NCBI GenBank assembly: GCA_038064195.1
Contig: JBBTTO010000003.1
Location: 43,029-107,028, forward strand
Length of the DNA stretch: 64,000 bases
From: Patescibacteria group bacterium
Lineage (GTDB): Bacteria > Patescibacteriota > Microgenomatia > Levybacterales > UBA12049
Reading direction: 5' to 3'
This document shows positions 1-11,132 of the stretch, one piece after another (the first letter of the stretch is position 1; each line of letters opens with the position of its first letter). The position numbers were made by a program, and so were the translations under genes. The notes beneath the pieces were generated by a model, which was not told where the DNA came from, ran no database searches, and saw only the letters and a program-made list of their open reading frames with translations.

Positions 1-2
1 TC

Positions 3-656
3 AACGAAGCTGATATCGCTATCTGTGACGGGGCAGGCCTCTACCTCGCGGCTAAATACCTCGGGGTCCCTCTTCACGAGCGGATTACCGGGGTTGATCT
101 CATGCAGAAACTCTGCGGTGAAGCAGCAAAAAAGGCTGTCACAGTAGGCTTTCTCGGAGGTCGAGGTAACGTAGCAGAGCGAACCGCCCAGTGCTTACGT
201 GAAAAGTACCCGGGGCTCAAGGTTGTCTTCGTTGCACCGGAGTGGAGTGAGGAAGGATTTGCTGTTGCGGAGCAATTGCGCAGAACTACTCAGAATCCTA
301 CGCGGAAAAACGCAGAGAGAAAGGATCAGCGCCTGCCTGTCGGTAGGCAGGCAGTTCAGCGTGTAGTTCCGCAAAGTTCAGCGCCTGTCATTGACATCTT
401 ATTTGTTGCCTTCGGCTTTCCTAAGCAGGAAGAGTGGATTGCACACAATCTGCCGATCTTACCTGTCAAAGTGGCCATGGGAGTAGGCGGGGCCTTTGAC
501 TATCTCAGCGGTGAGGTCATTCGCGCGCCATTTTTTATTCGTGCCATAGGCTTGGAATGGCTTTTCCGCCTTATCCGTCAACCCTGGAGATGGAGGAGGC
601 AACTAGCTCTCTTGACCTTTGTGAGACAAGTCGTGTCCGCCCGTCTGCGTACATGA
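3..656 (+). CDS. WecB/TagA/CpsF-family glycosyltransferase, 5'-partial (gene starts before the window)
   Basis: The frame is open from the first bases of the window (NEADIAICDGAGLYLAAKYLGVPLHERITGVDL...). The C-terminal half (PILPVKVAMGVGGAFDYLSGEVIRAP..IRAIGLEWLFRL) matches the conserved core of WecB/TagA/CpsF N-acetylmannosaminyltransferase-like enzymes. Confidence 0.65.
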   Translation, partial: NEADIAICDGAGLYLAAKYLGVPLHERITGVDLMQKLCGEAAKKAVTVGFLGGRGNVAERTAQCLREKYPGLKVVFVAPEWSEEGFAVAEQLRRTTQNPTRKNAERKDQRLPVGRQAVQRVVPQSSAPVIDILFVAFGFPKQEEWIAHNLPILPVKVAMGVGGAFDYLSGEVIRAPFFIRAIGLEWLFRLIRQPWRWRRQLALLTFVRQVVSARLRT

Positions 657-740
657 GATCAGGGACAAAGTTTTCAGCTATTTTGACCACGTACTTTATA
701 GATTGATACCTTTATTTTCGGTTTGAGATCTCACCCTCAT

Positions 741-765
741 ATCCCTCTCCTTACAGGAGAGGGAA
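741..765. terminator. 9-bp perfect hairpin (TCCCTCTCC-ttaca-GGAGAGGGA) between convergent genes; candidate bidirectional terminator
   Basis: Seen directly. It lies between the stop of the + strand glycosyltransferase (656) and the stop of the - strand PIN gene (782). No clean U-tract follows on either strand. Confidence 0.3.
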
Positions 766-781
766 GAGATAGGTTGAGTTA

Positions 782-1207
782 TCAGATGGGAAGATAAAAT
801 AACTGCAGGCCAAAGAGTTGAGGCATATAGTCAAAAGTACAGATCTGGGGTACTCCACGTTTGTTCGCCAGTACTGAGAGCAATGCTTTAGGATAGGTAA
901 GATCAGTTGTCTTGAAGTTGACGATAGCCTTCAATGCTGCCTTGACATCTGATTCCTCAGCATAGACTAAGTTGATATTGGAAATTGCCATCACCCGCAT
1001 AAAGTCTTTGGCTAGACTTGGACTGATATCGTTATAAAACTTATTGTATGCTTCAACTAAGGTAATCGGATCACTAAAGAGTTGATACTCCTCAATTCCG
1101 AAATAGCGAAAATAGGCAGTAGCCTGTTCATATTTGATGTGCGCCCTATCTATAAATGCCACAAAGCAGGAAGCATCGAGATAAACTTTTTTACTTAATA
1201 TTGGCAT
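782..1207 (-). CDS. PIN-domain protein (VapC-like toxin nuclease)
   Basis: 141 aa. N-terminal VYLDASCFVAFID with a conserved acidic residue pattern typical of PIN domains. The size fits VapC. Confidence 0.65.
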   Translation of the reverse strand: MPILSKKVYLDASCFVAFIDRAHIKYEQATAYFRYFGIEEYQLFSDPITLVEAYNKFYNDISPSLAKDFMRVMAISNINLVYAEESDVKAALKAIVNFKTTDLTYPKALLSVLANKRGVPQICTFDYMPQLFGLQLFYLPI

Positions 1208-1220
1208 GGTTTTAAATTAA

Positions 1221-1320
1221 AATTCGAAATCCGAAATAATATCTAAATCTTAATTTTCAAAATTGAAAGTGTTTCGTAGTTTATGCTTTTGATTATCAGA
1301 ATCTGTTTCGAATTTCGTGT
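1221..1320. repeat. MITE-like intergenic repeat, copy 1 (terminal inverted repeats cgaaatCcgaaa / tttcgAatttcg)
   Basis: Left arm ttcgaaatccgaaat (about 1223-1237) and right arm gtttcgaatttcgtg (about 1305-1319) are near-perfect inverted repeats. The same two arms recur at 21402-21494. Confidence 0.4.
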
Positions 1321-1334
1321 TTTGGTATTCGTAT

Positions 1335-1670
1335 TTATGATGACAATTTGATACTGGCTCCGCGTCCGTTCAAACGTAAAAAAGGGTCTTCCATCGAGAA
1401 ATTTTTGGCCGGGTTGATCTTGGCTCGCATTGCTCCATTCGGATCAGCAGCCCTTGTATTGGGAGTATAGTCTTTGTTAAATTCATTGAGATCTTTTTCT
1501 CTGATTCTGATGGCACCGCCAACCTTAAGTGCTTTGAGTCGTCCTTCTTTGATGTAGCGGCGGATTGTTAGGGGGTGGACCTTCAAAATAAAAGCAGCTT
1601 GATTGACATTAAACAGATTATCCATTGCTAAATTGCTAAATTGCTGATAACAATTTAACACTTTAATCAT
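1335..1670 (-). CDS. Excisionase/MerR-type HTH DNA-binding protein (HTH_17-like); possible antitoxin partner of the PIN gene
   Basis: FNVNQAAFILKVHPLTIRRYIKEGRLKALKVGGAIRIREKDLNEF matches the excisionase-family helix-turn-helix pattern. The true start may be the internal Met (MDNLFNV, about 1625). A paralogous motif occurs at 6825-7040. Confidence 0.55.
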   Translation of the reverse strand: MIKVLNCYQQFSNLAMDNLFNVNQAAFILKVHPLTIRRYIKEGRLKALKVGGAIRIREKDLNEFNKDYTPNTRAADPNGAMRAKINPAKNFSMEDPFLRLNGRGASIKLSS

Positions 1671-2229
1671 TTAACAATCAGCGAAGCATGTCTGTCAATA
1701 TGCAAATTTATACATAGTTATTCAAGCGTATATAATCCCGTGAAAAATTTGACGCTGGTTAGAGAATGGTGTTAACTATTTTCACAAGAACATTCTCTCG
1801 TCTGTCTGAAAGATAACGGGTTATCTTTAAAAAAGACATGTCGCCAGGCAAATATGCTTGATTTAAAGTTCGGATAGTTGCTTGTACATGGCTCTTGGTA
1901 TACATGGCATAACGTATGGCGGTGATAATGGTGAGTTATATAACAGGGAGGCATGTATCTTTAGTAAAGGCTTGTGCCTGGTGCCCCCGTTCAAGGCAAC
2001 CTGAGTTGGGGGAAGATCAAGAATACACACATGGTGTGTGTAGAGATCATTTGCTTGTGCTCATGGATAGGCTTAAAAGCAAGAGGAGAAGGAAAATATG
2101 GCTATCATAGGTAAAGACATACGTAGGTCAATACACAAATTTTACAACAAGACACTGAGGAATGTGCAGGCAGTATTCAGTCTGCTGCAGATGTCCCAGC
2201 TGAGTTAATTGTAAGACTGATCCGGTTAC

Positions 2230-2255
2230 TGAAGAGACTCACCTGAGTCTCTTCA
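2230..2255. promoter_or_regulatory. 26-nt perfect palindrome TGAAGAGACTCA-cc-TGAGTCTCTTCA (12-bp arms) in a 700-bp noncoding stretch
   Basis: Seen directly. There is no T-tract on either strand. It could be an operator or a structured-RNA stem. Confidence 0.3.
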
Positions 2256-2373
2256 GTTGGTTGCTCCAGACTCACTTCTTTCAGCAGGAAGCTATTTAAC
2301 CGTAATCACCAGGCGTTCTTGCGGGTTGGTGCTGTCGGCAATAACACACTTGACGGCATAGAGTCTTCTTTCT

Positions 2374-3138
2374 ATGATAGGGATAATGTCTAAAGAAAAA
2401 GAAGGGTCAGCCCCTTCAAAAGAAAAGAAAAAGTCCCTGAGGAAGAAGTTGGTGATTACTGGTGCTGTAGGCTTAGTCATTGTCCTGCTCATTGCTTCAA
2501 GTATTTATTTCTTCCTCCAGTACCAAAAGACACAGTCTCTTCTTAAAAATCCATCAAGTGCTACTCAACGGGAGGTAAATTCCCTGGTCGAGAAGGTGAG
2601 TAGGCATTATGATTTGCCGTCAAATGACCAGGTAACAGTTGCGACTGTCTCTGATGTCGGTAAGCTTTACGGCCAAACTTTTTTTGTCAAAGCTAAAAAC
2701 GGTGATAAGGTGCTGATTTATCCTAAATCAGGTATAGCTATTTTGTATCGTCCCGCGACTGATAAGATCATCAATATCGGTCCGGTGAATACTCAGGGAG
2801 ATACGTCTCCAGCAAAGGCTACTACTCCTGTGAAAGTTGCTCTCTATAACGGTACACAGACCAATGGCTTGACCAAAAAAGTCGAAGAAACACTGCCCAC
2901 ACTCTCATCTATAAAGACTACTGTAGTAGTCAAGGCAAATGCCGCGAATAATTATCAGGATTCAGTCGTCGTCGATTTAACGGGTAAAAATAAAGCAGCC
3001 GCCATCCAACTTGCCACTTTTGCTAAAGGGGAAGTTATGTCTCTGCCTGCCGGGGAAGTAAAGCCGGATGGCGTCGATATCCTCATCATTTTAGGTCAAT
3101 CATATGTTGGCGAGCCAACAGCTACACCGACCCCTTAA
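2374..3138 (+). CDS. Membrane-anchored LytR_C-domain protein (cell-envelope associated)
   Basis: N-terminal K-rich cytoplasmic tail plus one TM helix (LVITGAVGLVIVLLIASSIYFFL). The C-terminal VALYNGTQTNGLTKKVEETL...VVVDLTG block resembles the LytR C-terminal domain. Confidence 0.5.
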   Translation: MIGIMSKEKEGSAPSKEKKKSLRKKLVITGAVGLVIVLLIASSIYFFLQYQKTQSLLKNPSSATQREVNSLVEKVSRHYDLPSNDQVTVATVSDVGKLYGQTFFVKAKNGDKVLIYPKSGIAILYRPATDKIINIGPVNTQGDTSPAKATTPVKVALYNGTQTNGLTKKVEETLPTLSSIKTTVVVKANAANNYQDSVVVDLTGKNKAAAIQLATFAKGEVMSLPAGEVKPDGVDILIILGQSYVGEPTATPTP

Positions 3139-3227
3139 TACTTGATACTTTATACGTAATACATAATACTTAATCTATGGCCGATTTTTCCGCCAAAGGC
3201 GGATCAGCCTCTGGCTGACAGTTTATA

Positions 3228-4106
3228 ATGAGCGATTTTACCTTTTTAAAAAACGCGGTTACTAAAAAATGGGTTATCTCAGCCCCAAGGCGTGCTAAAA
3301 GGCCTGACGTCGCCAACGGCACTGAGCCTGCCTGTCCTTTTTGCCCTGAACATAAGGAAGATGCTGAGCTCTATCGTGTCGGAGGAATACCCAGTGATGC
3401 GGGTTGGCAGATACGAGTTGTTGCGAACAAATTTCCTTTTGCTCCGATTCATGAGTTGGTCATTAATACGCCGGATCATCATAGCTCCTTTGATAATTTT
3501 ACGATTGAACAAATTCAGACTATCCTCCAGACGTACAGGCATCGTTTTAACGAGCATCATCATGCAGGGCAGGTCTATATCTTTCATAATCACGGTGAGA
3601 AAGCAGGGGAGAGCATCCCACATTCTCATACCCAGATTGCAGTCGTACCAGAAAAAGTATTTTTGGATATTCCACGACTCCAATCGGTAATTGAGGATGT
3701 GCCTCAAGGCTTGACGACTAAGCATTTTACCATCTTTTGTCCTACGACGTCAGTTTGGCCGGACGAGGTATGGGTGGCGCCCAAGGTATCAGGGAGACTT
3801 TTTGGCGAGATCACCGACGATGAGATAGGGGATTTTTCAGGCATTCTTTCCAGCCTGACTAAGATCTTTGATCTCAGGTATAACAAGGATTTCCCCTACA
3901 ACTTTTATCTCTACCCGGGTGGGGACTGGTATTTCAGACTCATTCCCAGACTCAAGACACTAGGTGGTTTTGAGGTGGGGACCAATGTTTTTGTAAATAC
4001 GCAAAAGCCACAAGAGACTATGGAGTTTATCAAAGAACACTTCAAAGAGCCTAACTTTGAAAAGATTATGAAAGAGCACCAAGCCGAATACCACCGCACT
4101 GTCTAG
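3228..4106 (+). CDS. Galactose-1-phosphate uridylyltransferase-like (GalT/HIT superfamily) nucleotidyltransferase
   Basis: Zn-site CPFCPEH and the HIT-like HSHTQ (HxHxQ) motif, with GalT-like spacing. 292 aa. Confidence 0.6.
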   Translation: MSDFTFLKNAVTKKWVISAPRRAKRPDVANGTEPACPFCPEHKEDAELYRVGGIPSDAGWQIRVVANKFPFAPIHELVINTPDHHSSFDNFTIEQIQTILQTYRHRFNEHHHAGQVYIFHNHGEKAGESIPHSHTQIAVVPEKVFLDIPRLQSVIEDVPQGLTTKHFTIFCPTTSVWPDEVWVAPKVSGRLFGEITDDEIGDFSGILSSLTKIFDLRYNKDFPYNFYLYPGGDWYFRLIPRLKTLGGFEVGTNVFVNTQKPQETMEFIKEHFKEPNFEKIMKEHQAEYHRTV

Positions 4107-4257
4107 GAGTTAGATATTAGTTGTTAGAAGTTAGTTTTCTAACTAATCACTAATTCCTAATAACTAACTGCTAAACAGGCCTATAGTTGACTTCTTTGAG
4201 GCTATCAAGTACAATTCTCTTATTCATCCCAGTTAGGGATGTTTTGTCTTTCAGCAA

Positions 4258-4719
4258 GTGAAAGAGAGGTTTGTCATGGCTCTCGGATTTGGGCAAAAGC
4301 ACAAAGGGTCGGTCACCCTCCAAATGACCATCCCAAACCGCGAGACACACGATGCTCGCGTCGTCGTGCGGTTCGTGCAGATCAACGGCGTGAATACCTA
4401 TGGCAAGGAGGTCACTTTGGTGATCACCTCGTCAGAAGGGCGTCGGATGTGGTTGCCGGCATCTGTTGGCGATTTCGTCATTGAGAAGCGAGCGACTGCG
4501 ACGCATCTTGTCCCGAAAGGGGCGAAGGCGGAGGTCTATCTGGATGTGATGGGCGATTTCTTTTCGCCAGAGTCCAGATCAGGGACGACTCATGTCACAG
4601 TGCAGGTGCAAGTCGACGGCAAGCTGATCAGCAGCAAGCCGATTCTCGATGTCGTTTTGAGGCGTGATCCTCGGTTTGGCAGCGAGCGGATTGCTCGTGA
4701 GACATTTTCCAGAGCTTGA
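4258..4719 (+). CDS. Hypothetical protein (first ORF of the GC-rich island)
   Basis: 153-aa ORF in a region of clearly higher GC (about 55-60%). No recognisable motif. A likely start is MALGFGQ. Confidence 0.35.
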   Translation: MKERFVMALGFGQKHKGSVTLQMTIPNRETHDARVVVRFVQINGVNTYGKEVTLVITSSEGRRMWLPASVGDFVIEKRATATHLVPKGAKAEVYLDVMGDFFSPESRSGTTHVTVQVQVDGKLISSKPILDVVLRRDPRFGSERIARETFSRA

Positions 4720-5086
4720 ATGAAGGGTAAAGCTAGGAGGCACTAGGGCGACCTGCCCGCAATGCTACACATAGCGTTGCAGGCGGGGAAAGCCAACTGG
4801 TTTGGGATTGTCCGCCTATGGCGAGACGGTCTCAGGGCAGCCGTGCCTCCGGCTTCGCCAAGTCTGACTTGGCTTCGCTTATATCTTTGCACATTAACAC
4901 AACTCATAGGGAGTTATCCCGCTTACAAGCAGGATAGGGTTCTTCATGGAAGTCTCATATGCATGACTCTCCATTGATGAGCACCATAATTTGTTTGTAG
5001 TGGGATCGTCTCTCTGTGAATCTATATGATGGAACTGTCTGCGACAGCCTAGAGGTAAGCATACTTACTTCTCGGGTGTTGCAGGC

Positions 5087-5497
5087 ATGCGCTTGCAGCC
5101 TAACGCTCAGCATTTACTCCAAAGGGAGGAGTGGATTATGAAAGCTTCAGAGCTCGCGGATGAGCTGATCAAAATGGGTGTCAGGTCGGTGCCGTTTAAG
5201 TATCGTGAGACGCTCGCGGGACTGGTCGAGTGCGGCGGTGACGATTGGAAGTTAACGCTCGTGGTCATCCGAACTGCCGTTGAGCTACTTAACGCGAAGT
5301 CGCTGGTCGGCATCGATGAGTCGAATCTGTTGGCCGCCTTGGTTTTCCCAGACCGGTTGGAAGAGCTTATCCAGACGCGTGGATGGGCGGTCACCCTCAC
5401 CGGCGCCTTGCCTCTTGCGGCGTTCAGGTTGGCAATCTTCCTCTACATTCAGGATCGCAAGCCGGGCTTCAACGTCCACCGATCATCAGATTTCTAA
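5087..5497 (+). CDS. Hypothetical protein (GC-rich island); likely start MKASELADEL at about 5137
   Basis: ORF with coding-like composition. No recognisable domain. Confidence 0.3.
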   Translation: MRLQPNAQHLLQREEWIMKASELADELIKMGVRSVPFKYRETLAGLVECGGDDWKLTLVVIRTAVELLNAKSLVGIDESNLLAALVFPDRLEELIQTRGWAVTLTGALPLAAFRLAIFLYIQDRKPGFNVHRSSDF

Positions 5498-5859
5498 TTC
5501 CATCAGCAACTTCACAGATGACGATTGGCCGACTCCATCGAGAGTCGGCCGCGTCCCATGTATTTGAGCTCCTTCTCAAATCTATGGAGCGGACAAGTGT
5601 ACTTTAACAGTTTAGCTTCATAAGGAGTTATCTGGATTTAAGCGATAGGAGAAAAGAGATAAGCAATAAGGAGTTGACTATATGTTAACTTATCACTTGT
5701 TGCTTCTTGCTTATTACTTACTTCCAGATCGTCTCCTTATGAACCCCGATTTAATTGGGGTCAACTCAGATTTTTGTCTGACGACGGCTTTTTGTCTCTT
5801 AAAGACAGGAGATAGGAAGCCGTCGTTAGGTACGACGTAGTAGTCTCTCTCGCTCCCGC

Positions 5860-6114
5860 TTGCGGGATAGGAGAAAGGAGCGGACAGGTATGCCCACCGA
5901 GGCAGAGTTATTCTGGTTTCCAAAGGTTCGTAAGAGGTTCCTCGATTGGATCGAAGGGCCAAACGGCGAAATTTGTTGCGCCGGATTCTCTCCGATGTCC
6001 AAGCACGCGGAAAGGTTGGGTCAGCTTGAACGTTTCGCCCGAAACCTTCCAAGCAGATACGAGAAGGTCGTATCGGTTCTGGCGAGTCAGCCGACCATGA
6101 GGAGTAAGTCTTAG
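5860..6114 (+). CDS. Hypothetical small protein (GC-rich island)
   Basis: 84-aa ORF. The internal start MPTEAELF is possible. No motif recognised. Confidence 0.2.
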   Translation: MRDRRKERTGMPTEAELFWFPKVRKRFLDWIEGPNGEICCAGFSPMSKHAERLGQLERFARNLPSRYEKVVSVLASQPTMRSKS

Positions 6115-6122
6115 TATTCGAG

Positions 6123-6533
6123 TTGGGGTGGACAGCTTTGCGGCAAAAGCCGATCAAGAAGGGGTTAGCAATGCAAGTCTGGGTTCCGGCTCGCCGACGA
6201 TTTCCTCAAGGAAGGGGTCACGGGATCATGAGAACTCGAACGACAAGGCTTCCGCTAACGGCTGAACAAGCCGCGGAAGCTGCAGAAAGAACTCAGGTTC
6301 GCCGCCTAGCCGATCAAATCGAGCGAGACCAAGCTCGAATCGCCGAACTAACCAGCCGGAACTGTCATCGGCGGAACGACCGCAAGTTTCTTCGTGAGTG
6401 CTCGATTCGCTCCGAGGCTAACCTGCAACGGCTTGCTGTAGTTCGCCCCGAACACCCGTTGATTACGGGCAAAGCCCGATGCAAGCGCAAGCGTCGCGCG
6501 CGCAATGGGAACTGGAAGCGCAACAAGAACTGA
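6123..6533 (+). CDS. Hypothetical basic protein with an Arg/Lys-rich C-terminus (GC-rich island)
   Basis: 136-aa ORF ending ...KARCKRKRRARNGNWKRNKN. Two hairpins follow it immediately. Confidence 0.3.
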   Translation: MGWTALRQKPIKKGLAMQVWVPARRRFPQGRGHGIMRTRTTRLPLTAEQAAEAAERTQVRRLADQIERDQARIAELTSRNCHRRNDRKFLRECSIRSEANLQRLAVVRPEHPLITGKARCKRKRRARNGNWKRNKN

Positions 6534-6552
6534 GTTCTAAGAGACGAGGAAA

Positions 6553-6580
6553 GGCCACGTCAAACGTGGCCCCCTGAATC
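6553..6580 (+). terminator. Tandem hairpins GGCCACGT-caa-ACGTGGCC and CCCTGA-a-TCAGGG followed by a T-rich tract
   Basis: Seen directly, 20 nt after the stop of 6123..6533. The second hairpin is followed by taaagttttt. Confidence 0.4.
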
Positions 6581-6596
6581 AGGGTAAAGTTTTTGG

Positions 6597-6720
6597 CTCG
6601 AGGGTACACGGTCCCGATGCAAATCGGGGCCACCAGTCAGTCGACACCCATGCTACAAAGGCGTAGCCGGACGGCGTCGTCAGAGTGGCCGTACCCTCGG
6701 CCTCGCTCTTTTGCTTTTAA
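6597..6720 (+). other. Structured non-coding element: 9-bp long-range inverted repeat (ctcgagggtac ... gtaccctcg) closing about 100 nt, then hairpin GGCCG-taccct-CGGCC plus TCGCTCTTTTGCTTTT
   Basis: Seen directly. It resembles a small RNA with its own intrinsic terminator at the right edge of the GC-rich island. Confidence 0.3.
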
Positions 6721-6824
6721 GATTTTTGAAAGTAGAAAAGTGAGGCTAATATAGGGACAAATGATATCCTTGAGTAGTAGTTTGATCTGGATCAAAATGA
6801 AGGCAATGATGGGGGAGAAGTAAG

Positions 6825-7040
6825 CTAAACAGTACCGCTTTTTTCTTGAATTCCCAAAAGCCAAAGGACCGCTTCTTTTTTGTAGCGGCGGTCACCGCGG
6901 GAGTTGATACGGATGGCGGGGAGTTTGCCTCTTTTGCCCCAGCGTTTGATAGTCAGGGGAGAGACTCTGAGAACTTCGGCTACCTCACGTACTGTTAGGA
7001 GATCTGGTAGGTCGTTGATTGATATCTTTTGATCGGTCAT
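6825..7040 (-). CDS. Excisionase-family HTH DNA-binding protein (HTH_17-like)
   Basis: LLTVREVAEVLRVSPLTIKRWGKRGKLPAIRINSRGDRRYKKEAV. Same family signature as the 1335..1670 protein. Confidence 0.55.
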   Translation of the reverse strand: MTDQKISINDLPDLLTVREVAEVLRVSPLTIKRWGKRGKLPAIRINSRGDRRYKKEAVLWLLGIQEKSGTV

Positions 7041-7149
7041 AGCCTGAAGAGTATTGCTTAGATAATCATTATGATGGTTACCTGCTAATAAAGTAACAAA
7101 CTATAACATCTATGTCAATGCCCTATAACTTTTTGGATGAGCAAAATAC

Positions 7150-7404
7150 CTAATTGGGGAGGACTCCAAGCAGCACGGTAACTTCATCATTAACAACTGA
7201 AAGCATCCCGCGCGTTACATCGTAGGATTTTTTTTCGCCGGGGAGATGGATTTCAACTTTGTTCAGGATAAGGGAGATAAAATGCTCATGTCCTGACAGA
7301 ATATCAAATGATCCTTTCTCATTGCGAGAGGAGACAGCCTCAGCATCTCCGGTAAATAATACGCCGGTTCGATCATGAACAGTAACTTTAAGAAATTGTG
7401 ACAT
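7150..7404 (-). CDS. atpC: F-type ATP synthase epsilon subunit (short form)
   Basis: 84 aa immediately downstream of beta. The N-terminal beta-sandwich pattern (LKVTVHDRTGVLFTGDAEAVSSRNEKGSFDILSGHEHFISLI) resembles epsilon. Confidence 0.7.
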   Translation of the reverse strand: MSQFLKVTVHDRTGVLFTGDAEAVSSRNEKGSFDILSGHEHFISLILNKVEIHLPGEKKSYDVTRGMLSVVNDEVTVLLGVLPN

Positions 7405-7406
7405 AG

Positions 7407-9612
<2,206 letters not shown>

Positions 9613-9616
<4 letters not shown>

Positions 9617-11088
9617 GGGTTGTCGGCGAAAATGTCATTAGCGGTTTTGCGAGCAAGTTGGCCGGCCTCAAAGAGCGAAGAAGACAGCTCAACCTTTCCA
9701 ACCTTTTCTCTGACAGTAGAGTGTTTGGAAGTAAGCGCATGAAGCCTGTGAAGGTCTGAGAGTAACGTATCATTTTCTGATGTAATCCAGTACCCGTCCC
9801 AGACCAGCGCGATCATAAAAAACTGAAACCAGCTCTCATAGTTGCCAAGTTGCGGGAGATTGAAAAGAAGAGATAATTTGTCTGCTTTATGCAATGTGTC
9901 TTTAGCATCAGCAGATAGCTCCTGACTAAAATGACTAATCTGTAATAACCGTTCCGCTTGACTGAGAAAAGAGGTAACTGTTGAGATCGTTTCACGCATG
10001 AGCGGGGTCCTGGTCTGTCTGCCAACACGGGTTACTGACAGGAAGGGGTGAATAGCCGGGCGTTGTCCTTCCAGAAAACGTTCTTCGTCAAAGTATAAAT
10101 GCCCGTCTGTCATGGACATGAGGTTGGTCTGAATATAACCGGTGAGATCTCCCTGCTCTGTCTCGGCAATAGGAAGACAGGTTATAGAGACTGTTTTATC
10201 GTCAGTTATTTTGAAATTTCCCGCTCTCTCAAGTAATCTGGCATGCAGGTAGAAAATATCGCCCGGGTAGGCGTTTCGTCCGGGGAAGCGGCGGGCCAGG
10301 AGTGAGAGTTGGCGGTAAGCACGCGCGTGAGTAGTTACGTCATCCAAAACGATAAGGGTATCCTGTCCCATGTCTCTAAAGTATTCAGCGAGTCGCATGC
10401 CGCTAAAAGGAGTCAGCAGGATAAGTCCGGCAGGATCTTCAGGAGACGAGGCAATGATAACTACTTTTTCCAGACATTCGTGCTCTCGTAGTGTTTGAGC
10501 CATTGCCTTAACCGATGAAAGGGGCTTACCAATTGAGACATAAATACAGATTGTACCTAATCTGGCCTGAGTGATGAGTGTATCTTTAGCAAACTGCGTC
10601 TTTCCTGTTTTTCTGTCTCCTAAAAGTAATTCACGCTGGCCCATGCCAAGAGGAAGGAGTGTATCGACAAGGAGCGATCCGGTGAGACATTGTGTCTTTA
10701 TCTTCGCCCGTCGGCTGATCCCGCTTGCCTTTATTTCGACCTCAAGCGGTTCTGGTGTCCGCATCCGGTATGAACTTATGTAGTCATCTCCTAAGGGTGA
10801 AACAATCTTTCCCAGCAGATGCTCACTGGCTGGGAACATGACGCGTTCACCTGTTCTGACAGCTTTTATATCAGGAGTAGGTGGGTCACCTTTAATAAGG
10901 ACAATTTGACTACTCTCCTGGCCGATACTAAAGACAAATCCAATCGCCTCATTCTCAAGGAGGATTTTCTCATTAAGGAGTACTCCTTTGAGCCCTGAGA
11001 CAGTAAATAGGTGTCCATCGGCCGTTATGACAATCCCTTGTGGAAATTGCTTTTGAGAATAGGCCGCGAATGTTTCCTGTTCTGTCAT
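9613..11088 (-). CDS. atpA: F-type ATP synthase alpha subunit
   Basis: Walker A GDRKTGKTQFAKDTLITQ and an alpha-type N-terminal beta-barrel. 491 aa. Confidence 0.95.
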
Positions 11089-11132
11089 ATAAGTTTATGT
11101 TTTTATCTATTTCGATAGATATTGATATGGTA

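Noticed and set aside
3279-4099. ORFs overlapping the GalT-like gene in other frames or on the other strand (3279-3725, 3292-3690, 3704-3886, 3911-4099)
   Set aside because: The GalT-like frame carries clear catalytic motifs. The others are short, motif-less and fully embedded.
4239-5607. Alternative-frame ORFs in the GC-rich island (4239-4484, 5107-5400, 5280-5567, 5285-5479, 5383-5607, 5714-6157)
   Set aside because: High GC inflates random ORF length. These overlap one another extensively. Only the longest non-overlapping + strand set was kept, and even that at low confidence.
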